From the NCBI GenBank assembly GCA_035389045.1, contig DAOORA010000034.1:1-44610 (forward strand): DNA of 44,610 bases. Direction: 5' to 3'. The notes beneath the pieces were generated by a model. That model saw only the letters and a program-made list of their open reading frames with translations. It had not been told where the DNA came from and ran no database searches. Positions 1 to 10,100 of this stretch are shown piece by piece (within the stretch, counting starts at the first letter, position 1; each line of letters begins with the position of its first letter). A program made the position numbers and the translations under genes. This DNA is from Bacteroidales bacterium. GTDB lineage: Bacteria > Bacteroidota > Bacteroidia > Bacteroidales > CAIWKO01.

Positions 1-520
1 CGGCAGTCACTGCTACCACATATGGTGTTATGGTAAATGCCTTGCCGGTTCCGGTGATCACAGGAGCAGACTCTGTCTGCAACGGATCAACGGGTGTTGC
101 CTATTCGACGGAAGCCGGCATGACGGGATATTCCTGGATCATATCTGCGGGAGGTTCCATTACATCAGGAGCAGGAACAAACAGTGTTCAGGTGTCCTGG
201 AATATTGCAGGACCTCAAACCATCAGTGTGAATTATACGGATGGGAACGGATGCACGGCAGTCACTGCTACCACATATGGTGTTATGGTAAATGCCTTGC
301 CGGTTCCGGTGATCACCGGGCTTGCTTCTGTCTGCAATGGTTCCGCTGATGTTGTTTATTCAACGGAAGACGGCATGACGGGATATTCCTGGATCATATC
401 TGCGGGAGGTTCCATCACATCAGGAGCAGGAACCGACAGTGTGCTGGTGACCTGGAATAATGCCGGGCCTCAGACCATCAGCGTTAATTATACGGATGGG
501 AACGGATGTACCGCTTCCAC
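1..520 (+). repeat. Intragenic tandem repeat, 255-bp (85-aa) period
   Basis: Bases 1-60 recur essentially identically at 256-315; further long identical blocks share the same offset. Confidence 0.9.
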
Positions 521-2129
521 AGCGACCGGTCTGGCGGTCACGGTGCATCAGATACCGGTCGCCGATGCAGGACCGGATACCATTTATATCAGTACCCCTG
601 TGCAAATCGGCGATCCCTCCACAGGCCCCGGAACCATAAGCTGGCTGCCTGCAGCAGGTTTGAGCGATCCGGCTATTGCACAGCCGCTGGCCTCACCACC
701 GGTTACTACCACCTATACACTTACGGTAAGCAATTATGGCTGTATCGCTTCGGATGATGTCACTGTGACTTTTGGCGGCGTCAGTTATACCATAAGCGGC
801 AAGACTTATTATACCGGCAGGGCGTTTACAGGCAATCCGGTTCCCAACCAGCCCTCGTATAATGCTGCTGTTTACAATATTGACAATGTAATCGTGATAG
901 TGAAAAATTATAGCACACAAAATGAAGTCGCACGAGATACCAGTGATGCACTGGGAAACTTCCAGATCCCCGGTATTATTGATGGCAACTATTTGATTTC
1001 CTATGATAAATATACCAGCGATACCATGCAGATGGGAAATGGCATAGATGTTATCGATCTTACCATTTTAAAATATTTTATAACCAGCGATACCACGGTT
1101 GATCCTTCGAGGTGCTTTTCAGAAAAATATAAAAAAGCTGCCGATGTTGATAATAATAACACTATCAATGCTATTGACATTGCCAGGCTGAAAACAAAGA
1201 TCGGCTCACCCTACGATCCCGATATGAACTTCCCGAAAGGCAACTGGCGTACCCTGGACACATCGCTTACCATTTCAGGTAATGACCTGAATATCAACCT
1301 AAAAACCATCTGCTACGGCGATTACAACGCCTCAAGCCGCAAATACAGGGATTCGCTGAATAACTGGAACGGCTTGAAATCACTACCGTCTGACATTATT
1401 AGTACATCAGATGAGTATGCCGCCATCAGTGATCCGTCGTATTTTGAAATACCATTGCGCATCAGTACTAAAATGAATGAGTTTTCGGCCATGGGTCTGG
1501 AATTAACTTATCCTGCTGGGGATTACCGGCTGGTGAGCGTTTCTATGCCCACTGCAGGCAATAAAAATGGCGCCGTTAAGATCAATCCGGAATGGAATGA
1601 AATACTTGCGGAAGATAATGACCTGATGGTAACGGACAATGATGGTGTGATCAGGGTGATATATGCCACCACAAACTATTTTGATGTCGAAGCCAACGAT
1701 GAAATGATCAGGCTGGGATTCCGCCCCCTCAGGGATGTCCCAAGCGGCGAACTGGATTTTGAACTTTCAGGCACCGGTGTAATAGGAAATCAATACGGGG
1801 AGGAAAATGATGAAGCCTATCTGGTCATGCCCAAAATATTTGTCAATGGAAATAATACAGCAGCAGGGTTTGATTTCGCCGGCTATCCCAATCCATTCAG
1901 TGGCGAAGCAACCTTGACTTATAATATTCCCGAAAACGGAACGGTAAAGATTGATGTGTACAATGCGCTTGGCGAACTGGTTTCCGAACTGGTCAATGAG
2001 GTTCAAACCACAGGGAAACACACCGTAGTGTTTTCACCGGAAGGCCTGTCTTCAGGCATATATACCGTGAAACTGGACTATACAGGCAAGGTACGTTCGG
2101 AATGTCTGGTATTGAAAATGGTTCACTGA
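3..2129 (+). CDS. T9SS type-A cargo, 5'-truncated by the window: PKD/Ig-like repeats, dockerin-like and cohesin-like domains, CTD
   Basis: Frame is open from base 3. Contains 85-aa repeats (PVPVITG..SVCNGS..YSWIISAGGSITSG), dockerin-like GIDVIDLTILK...AADVDNNNTINAIDI and cohesin-like FEIPLRIS..FSAMGLELTYP. CTD is GYPNPF...IDVYNALGELV...LSSGIYTVKL...KMVH. Confidence 0.85.
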   Translation, partial: AVTATTYGVMVNALPVPVITGADSVCNGSTGVAYSTEAGMTGYSWIISAGGSITSGAGTNSVQVSWNIAGPQTISVNYTDGNGCTAVTATTYGVMVNALPVPVITGLASVCNGSADVVYSTEDGMTGYSWIISAGGSITSGAGTDSVLVTWNNAGPQTISVNYTDGNGCTASTATGLAVTVHQIPVADAGPDTIYISTPVQIGDPSTGPGTISWLPAAGLSDPAIAQPLASPPVTTTYTLTVSNYGCIASDDVTVTFGGVSYTISGKTYYTGRAFTGNPVPNQPSYNAAVYNIDNVIVIVKNYSTQNEVARDTSDALGNFQIPGIIDGNYLISYDKYTSDTMQMGNGIDVIDLTILKYFITSDTTVDPSRCFSEKYKKAADVDNNNTINAIDIARLKTKIGSPYDPDMNFPKGNWRTLDTSLTISGNDLNINLKTICYGDYNASSRKYRDSLNNWNGLKSLPSDIISTSDEYAAISDPSYFEIPLRISTKMNEFSAMGLELTYPAGDYRLVSVSMPTAGNKNGAVKINPEWNEILAEDNDLMVTDNDGVIRVIYATTNYFDVEANDEMIRLGFRPLRDVPSGELDFELSGTGVIGNQYGEENDEAYLVMPKIFVNGNNTAAGFDFAGYPNPFSGEATLTYNIPENGTVKIDVYNALGELVSELVNEVQTTGKHTVVFSPEGLSSGIYTVKLDYTGKVRSECLVLKMVH

Positions 2130-2310
2130 TGCAGTGATAAAACCGGCACTAAGCCGAATGACATCATCTGTACACCTGTTGAATAAAGACCTGCCCCGGC
2201 TGTATGCTGATGGATACTATATTTGCCGCCACAAATAATACCAAAGTGATTTTGGCGGGGGCAAGTTCTGAATCAATAGGGATGGTATCCAGAACCCGCT
2301 TATCCTGTTG

Positions 2311-2570
2311 ACCTGAGTTCGGGATAAAAAATATTGTTTATTTTGTCAAAATAAAGGTTATCAATCTATTATTATTTGCCGTAGGCAATTAATATCAACA
2401 GAAATACAAAAATGTGAAGAATATTTTGTCCGTAGGACATAAACCATGTTCAATGTTAATCTCCTGACGGAGAATAAATGTTTCTGTTATTTGTTTTCTA
2501 TTGATCTTTAAATCCTAACGGATTAAGATAATATGTTCTTAGATAATATGTTCTTATCCCGAACATAGGT
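2311..2570. mobile_element. MITE-like element with terminal inverted repeats and internal REP-like palindromes
   Basis: Ends ACCTGAGTTCGGGATAA (2311) and TTATCCCGAACATAGGT (ending 2570) are imperfect inverted repeats. Internal hairpins: TTGCCGTAGGCAA, TGTCCGTAGGACA, TCTCCTGACGGAGA, AATCCTAACGGATT. A 15-bp tandem duplication AGATAATATGTTCTT lies near the right end. Confidence 0.6.
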
Positions 2571-2680
2571 GGATAATGAAAATAAATAAAGTTTCGCATG
2601 ATTTTTTTATGTCACGCCGGACACAGAGCGGCAATGAGGGTTGATACGAACCATTTTTTTGATGTTTAATTTATTTCTTC

Positions 2681-2776
2681 CTTCGTGTCCCTTTGTGATT
2701 TTCCTTCGTGCGACTTCGTGGTTACGTTTTTTTTACCACTAAGGCGCACAAAGTGTTTGCACTAAGGCGCACAAAG
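2681..2776. repeat. Palindromic array of four 17-bp units (2 forward + 2 reverse, 23-bp period)
   Basis: CTTCGTGTCCCTTTGTG and CTTCGTGCGACTTCGTG face CACTAAGGCGCACAAAG x2. Confidence 0.75.
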
Positions 2777-2945
2777 GAGAATCTGCTCTGACTGACCGTG
2801 GTTTTGTTCTTTTTGACTATATGTAAAAAAGTTGTTTTCTATAATGTTATTCTCTTTGCAATCCACAAATTATAAGTATTTATCAATTTTATTTTTTTAT
2901 GCGAAACTTCAATCAATAATTTTATAATTTTATAGAAAAATAGCC

Positions 2946-3908
2946 ATGAGTGCAAATTCAATAATGATCTTTTCAGGCAGCGGCAGCCCGAATCTTACGG
3001 TGAAAATATGTGAATATCTGGGGGTGAAAAAGGGCAACAGCGAAGTGATACATTTTTCTGATGGAAACACGTTTGTCCGCATCAACGAAAGTGTAAGAGG
3101 CTGTCATATATATCTGGTACAATCCACCATATTTCCGGCCAACGACAATTTTATGGAGCTTCTGTTCTGGATAGATGCTTTTAAGCGGGCCAGCGCAGAA
3201 TCGGTCACTGTTATAATTCCTTTTTTCAGTTACTCCAAAGGCGACAAAAAGGATGAGCCGCGGGTTTCCATACGTGCAAGAGTTTGTGCCGATGCCATAG
3301 AAGTGGCAGGAGCCGACCGTGTGGTAACCATAGACCTCCACTCTCCGCAGATACAGGGGTTTTTCAGAAAACCTGTTGATAATTTATATGCGCTGCATAT
3401 TTTTTCTGAAAAAATAAAGTCGCTGAACCTGGAGAACTTAGTTATCGTATCGCCCGACATCGGTTTTGCCCACCAGGCGCATAAGTATGCTTCTTTTCTA
3501 AAAGCGCCTGTGGTCATCGCCAACAAGCAAAGGGTAAATCATGACGAGAAAGCGGAGGTGACAGAGATCATCGGCGAGGTGGAGGGAAAAACCGCTGTGG
3601 TGGTCGATGATATGGTCATATCCGGAGGAACGCTGGCGGACGTGGCTGACAAACTGAAAAAAATGGGCGCAGCAGGGGTTTATGCCATGGCTACCCATGG
3701 GGTTCTGACGCCGGGCGCCACGGCAGCCATCGACCGGAGCCCGCTAATAAAAGTCTTTATCACCGATACGGTGGAGAACCAGCCGGAAAAGCTGTCTGAA
3801 AAAATTGAGGTGATCTCCGTAGCCCCGGTATTCGGCGAAGCCATAAAACGCATACACGACCGGACCAGCATAAGCGATATGTTCCCTGAGAAAAAAGTGC
3901 GGGGTTAG
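2946..3908 (+). CDS. prs: Ribose-phosphate pyrophosphokinase (divergent motifs)
   Basis: FSDG..VRINESVRG, NDNFMELL..IDAFKRASA, DLHSPQIQGFF, VSPD.G, DDM..SGGT, ATHG motifs. Confidence 0.9.
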   Translation: MSANSIMIFSGSGSPNLTVKICEYLGVKKGNSEVIHFSDGNTFVRINESVRGCHIYLVQSTIFPANDNFMELLFWIDAFKRASAESVTVIIPFFSYSKGDKKDEPRVSIRARVCADAIEVAGADRVVTIDLHSPQIQGFFRKPVDNLYALHIFSEKIKSLNLENLVIVSPDIGFAHQAHKYASFLKAPVVIANKQRVNHDEKAEVTEIIGEVEGKTAVVVDDMVISGGTLADVADKLKKMGAAGVYAMATHGVLTPGATAAIDRSPLIKVFITDTVENQPEKLSEKIEVISVAPVFGEAIKRIHDRTSISDMFPEKKVRG

Positions 3909-3935
3909 CTCTTTTAGCTGTGAATTTTTGATCAA

Positions 3936-4012
3936 TACGGTCAATATTTCAGGCAGTACTACATACGGTTATTGGTAAAAACAATACGGTTATTGCTATT
4001 TTCTGACGGTTA
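3936..4012 (+). promoter_or_regulatory. Direct-repeat array ACGGT(TA) upstream of the Rhs gene; candidate regulator binding sites
   Basis: ACGGT at 3937, 3965, 3986 and 4006; the last three are spaced 21 and 20 bp. Confidence 0.45.
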
Positions 4013-4054
4013 TAAAATAATTCAGATTTTCATATGATTATTTTATTATTTATT

Positions 4055-4062
4055 TAAATTTG
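4055..4062 (+). promoter_or_regulatory. Bacteroidota -7 promoter box (TAnnTTTG)
   Basis: TAAATTTG about 110 bp upstream of the Rhs start codon. Confidence 0.5.
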
Positions 4063-4173
4063 AGCGCACGAATCTTTTTATTAATAAGAAATTATTGACA
4101 CGCTGATTTGATAGGAGAAATTCAAGCTATAATTTGTAATTAAATAATTAAATATATTAACAACCAACATACA

Positions 4174-7100
4174 ATGAAACAGAAAATAATATTATTTATT
4201 TCGATTTTACTGATTGTAAATTTTAATCTTTTATTTGGGCAAACATATTCCAGTAACCCTTCTGTTGGAAATTGGGTGGGGTGTTCATCTGGCAACATAA
4301 CGGGCAGCGGATGTTCATATACTTTTTATGGAGGCTACTTTGATTTGGAAGTTAGTTATATAAATAATTCTTCCGGAGTAATAACTTTCACAGTTGAACC
4401 CTGTGCTGGAACCATGAATAATTGTGTTTTTTATTTAAAAGAAAGTACAAGTTCGTCTATAAACGCTATTGTTTGTGGAACACCTTATCCAACATCCGGG
4501 GCAACAATACCTGCCGGTTCAACATCATTTGATTATGATTTTTCGCCCTCTTTCACTTCAGGCACTAAGTATTATTCGGTTGTTATTTTAGTTAGTGGAT
4601 CTGTTAGAGCTTATACAAATCCTATTTCTATAACGGCAAGTTCTGGAAGTGCTCCAACAGTTAATACTACTAATGCGTCATTAATAACTACTAATGCTGC
4701 TAAATTAAATGGTACGGTAAATCCAAATGGGTTAAGTACAGCATATACTTTTCAATATGGAACATCAACATCTTATGGTTCAAATACTACGATAACAAAT
4801 ATTGGATCTGGAACCTCCACTCTCTCAGAATATGCAAATATTACAGGATTATCAGCAAATACAGAATATCATTACCGCATAGTTGCCTCTAATTCAGTCG
4901 GAACAAACTATGGGGATGATGTAACTTTTTATACTTTATTGCAGAACTTTAATCTTATTTCGCCTGGCACATCGAGCCAGCCGGGAGTTACAATTTCTAG
5001 CTTGACTCCTACATTTACATGGGATTATGTTAATAACGCAACTGCCTATGCAATTGTAGTAACCGATCTATCTAATAATTCAAATGTCATTAGTACGAAT
5101 GTTGGGCTAAACACATCCTATACTGTTTCAACGGGTGTACTTCAAACAAATAAAAACTATAAATGGCAGGTGGGTGTTAATGTTGGTGGCAACCTCGTTA
5201 TGTCAAATATACTCTACTTTAATACTAACTTTCCCTTACCGGTTGTTACCACCACTGCAGCGACAAATGTTGGAACATCCAGTGCAACATTAAATGGAAC
5301 TGTAAATCCCAACGGTTATAGCACTTCCTATTCTTTTGAATATGGTACAACAACTTCTTATGGCTATACAACATCAACTGTGAATGCCGGCTCTGGAACT
5401 TCAGCTCAATCAGTTAATGCCTCCATTAGCAGCCTGCTAACCAGCACAACGTATCATTACCGTATTAAAGCAACAAATACTTATGGAACTGTTTATGGAA
5501 GCGATATGACATTTACTACAGGAACACCGGCCCCAACATATACTTACTCTCCTGACATAGGTAGCTTTACAATTTGCGGGACAGGAACAATGACATTAAA
5601 CTCAATTAATTATTCAGGATGTTATTCGGTTGCAGGAACAACTTCATATTTGCAGGGTAATGTTCATGTTTCTTTGATTTCACATAATGCAGGTACCGGC
5701 GCAATGACTTTTAGGTTTCAGAAATGTTCTGGTTATTTTACAAATGGCACTTCCGGAAAGCTTTTTATTAGACAAGGACCTGACGTATATTGCGGTAATT
5801 ATTCTATCAGTAATACGAGTACAAGTTATGTCGATTTAACGATAAATTATACTCCTATTGTATTTTATGGGCTAAGAGATTTTGAAGCCTTTTTAATTAC
5901 AAGTACACAACAAACATATTTATACGCAGGAACAATTGCAATTACCGGAATTGATCCCAATAATAATATAACTGTAACCAATCCTACTAACTCAAGCATT
6001 TGGAATACAGGAAGTGCATATAATATAACCTGGAATGATAATATTAGTGAGAATGTTAAAATAAGACTCAGTAAGGGAGGCATGTATGTTTTGACCATAG
6101 CCACTTCCACTCCAAGTAATGGAACTTATTCATGGACACCACCAAACTCTTTGGCGACAGGAAATGATTATATGATTCTGATTGAGAGTGTAAATAATTC
6201 TTCAATTATTGGTAGCAGCCCGTATTTTACTATCAATGGACAAGAACCCTATTGTAGTGGCACCACAACGCTCACTGCTTCATCTGGTGGTTTTGAAGAT
6301 GGTTCAACTTTGAATAATTATGTCAATAATTCAGAATGTTACTGGCTTATTCAACCGACAGGCGCATCTTCAATAACTTTAACATTTACCTCTTTTTCAA
6401 CAGAAACAACAAATGATATCGTTAGAGTTTATGATGGGAGTACAACTGCTGCTCCTTTACTTGGTACTTATTCGGGCACAACCATTCCTTCACCAATAAA
6501 TTCTACTGGCAGCAGTATGCTTGTGTCTTTTATAACGGATGGAAGTACAACATCAGATGGGTGGACAGCAACTTATACTTCAACTGGAACAAGTCCCTCT
6601 TTGGTATTATGGAGCACTCAGGGATTTGGTCAAACAGATTTGTACGTCGGAACCCAATATAATTTTAGTGCAACAATTAAAAACACAGGAACTACAAGCT
6701 GGACAGGTTGTTTCTTTTTAAAACAAGGAGCTACAGACTGGGTCCCGGTAAGTTCTACTACAATAGCGGCGGGTTCTACTGCCAATATCAGTGGGACATT
6801 TACACCGACAACACCTGGCAACAACCTCGCATTGACTTTAAATTATCAAACAGCTTGTATTAATAACGGTTCGCCAGTCTCTGCGGGTAATTACTCTAAT
6901 CCAATCTTTGTCAATGTTATTGGTACTCCTACAAGCTGCACCTTTAACGACTGCACTTCACCCACAAACTGTGGCGGGACTACTTATGAAGACGATACTT
7001 ATACCGCGGTTCAATATTTATGCTCACATCATATCGTAAAAGGAATTAATGATAGTGTCTATCCTGCTGGTAAAATAACAAGGGCGCAATTAGCTAAGAT

Positions 7101-10100
7101 CACTCTTTACGGAGTGTTTGGCGATTCGCTAAATGTGCCATCACCACTGGTATCTGATTATTTCCCAAGCCCCTATGCTGATTTACAGACTACATCAACT
7201 TATTATTATCAGGCTGCCCTTGCATTGTTATACCTTGATTACGGCGATGGTATTACCCCATTCGACAGAGACCGCTTTTGGTTTGACCCATCAGGCACAA
7301 TTAAGCGAAAATATGTAATGAAAGTATTGCTGGAAGCATTTAATATTGCCCCGAGCACAAGCACTGCCAGCGTATTTAATGATTTTTACCCGGGAGAACA
7401 ATTTTACGGCTATGCAAAAAAAGCCAAAGAATTGGGAATAACGGATGCTTCATACTTCAGGCCTAATGACGATTGCCGCAGAGACGAAGCCTTCTTGTTT
7501 CTGTATCGCCTTATAAATCAAGGATTGCCAACAATAAACAATACGCTTAATCCTGCAACTTCAAGTTTTTTTATTCCTTTCAATATGAGCATTGCCGGGA
7601 TGAATGGAAATAAAGGAATGGAAACAGGTAATTTTAACAATTATACAAAATCCTGTTTTGCTATACCCGGCAGAAATATGTCTTTGGATTTTGACTTTAC
7701 CTATAATTCATACTTAACAGAAATGCCTTCTGAACTCTACCCCCTTGAACCTCTTGGCAAAGCATGGAGTCACACATATAATATGTATCTTAATTTCATT
7801 TACGGACCCACCGTATATGATACTAAATTTGCTATACACATGCCCGATGGTTCATTGTTGATATATACATTAGATTCCCTGGCGTACGCTCAAAGTGGTG
7901 TTATTAATTTCTTACCTGAAACCATAGGTAATTATAATACACTGACAAACATTTCACCTACAAAGTATGAGTTAAAAACGAAATCACAAGTTGTTTATAC
8001 CTTTCAGAAACTGGGAAGCAACGATATAGCATTCATGCTTACCTCAATAAAAGACAGAAATAATAATGCTGTTACCATTGATTATACTTCCGGAGAACCA
8101 TATCTGGTTCCCGGGACTATGGCCACCTATAAAGACACACGTAAAATAACATCAGTAACTGACCCTGCCAACAGGTCACTTCAATTTTCTTATAACAGTG
8201 GTTCAAACTTGATAAAATCAATAACCGACCCTTTGAATACTTCGCCCCGGGTTATACAGTTCAATTATTCCAATAACCAGTTGAGCGCATATACTGACGC
8301 CAAAGGTCAGAATACTCTTTATACTTATGGCACAGGCGATACAGCAAGTTTTCTTCTTAAAACAATACAGTTACCAAAAGGAAACATTATTACAAATCAA
8401 TATTTTCAGCGTAAACTAACCAGTACAAAATATAATAATAACAGTCCCACAACCATAGCTCATAATCCCAACTATGTGGCCGGAAATAATAACTATTACA
8501 AATCAACGGTAACAGTGCCTCAGCAGGGGACACAAAATGTGGTTGCCAACTTTGAATTGAATAAAAATGGCAATATCACCAAAATGGATGGTAATAATGC
8601 GTTAGATATAAGCACCTCTTACAATGATGCAAATAATCAAATGTTGCCGTCGGGTATTACAAATAATCTGAATAATGTAACTGTAACGCCCACATATGAC
8701 CAATACGGCAATGTGACTCAAATGGTAACTTCAGGCAATGGAATTACAACCACCGAATCATTTCAATATAATGCATTGAACGATCTTACAGAGCATACAG
8801 ATGCAAACGGGCATTCTACCTATTATTATTATACCAGCGGAAATCTCACAAAAGTGACTGATGCCCTCGGAAATGAAACTAATATTACAAACAACGGTTA
8901 CGGCCAGCCAACAAGCGTTACAAATCCATCAAATGTTACTGTAAATATCGGCTATAATTCTTATGGTAATAATAATTCGGTAAACATACCTTCTCTTGGA
9001 CTTTCTGCAAGTATGAACTACGATCCTGTCAGCCGCATGACCAGTGCAACAAACTTTGGTGGACAAACAAGCACTTATACTTATGATGTAAATGACAATC
9101 TCTTAACTGAAAAGGATGCTGCAAATAATACAACTTCTTATTTATACGATCAGAACGACAACCTCACCAGCATTACAAATGCTAAAGGATATGCAACAAC
9201 TTTTAATTACGATTTTAACACCGACTGGCTTTTATCTGAATCTTTCCAAGGCGCCACTAAAACATATACCTATAACTCTGATGGCTCTTTAAAAACATTT
9301 AAAAATCCAAACAATGCAACACTCAATTATTCTTATGATGAAGCAGGAAGATTGACCAACGATGGATACGCAAGCTATACTTACCTTTCAAACGGTAATT
9401 TATCTTCTATTACTAAGGACGGTAAAGCAATAAATTTCAGTTATGATGGATTAAACAGGGTAAGCAGCACCACCTATGACGGGAAAACAGTATCATATAC
9501 CTACGACAATGTTGGTAACGTATTAACTATGACATACCCTGGCAATAAAACCGTAACCTATACCTATGATGCAACAAATAAATTAAAAACTGTTACTGAC
9601 TGGAATAGCCAGACAACAAATTATTACTACCGCCCCGACGGGCAATTGGATTATATGGTTTATCCGAACAACGTAAAAACGGCCTACACATTTGATGCTG
9701 CAGGAAGGCCGACAGCAATGAGTACTAAAAGGAATAACGGCAGCGGAACAGCTATTGCAGAATACACATTTACACTTGACCCGCTGGGCAACCACACTCA
9801 GGAAGCCATAACAGAACAGTACACGTCCTATCAGGCAATTGCCAACCAAACCACAAACTATAATTACAACAATGCCAACCGCATATTAAATGCTGGCAGC
9901 ACGAGTTTTGGATTTGACAACAACGGAAACACAACAAGCAAAACGGGTTACACCTATGCTTATGATGTGTTGAATAATCTTACTTCTGTAAGCGGCAACC
10001 TGAATGCCACCTATGCTTATGACGGAGCAGGAAACCGACGAGAGGCAAGCCGGAGCGGTGTGGTTACAAAATATGTTTTGGATATTTTGGGTATGAGTAA

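Noticed and set aside
2130..2300. Possible riboswitch or ncRNA after the first gene
   Set aside because: Only loose GC-rich complementarity (CCTGCCCC/GGGGCAAG, CCGCCA/TGGCGG); no known aptamer consensus recognised.
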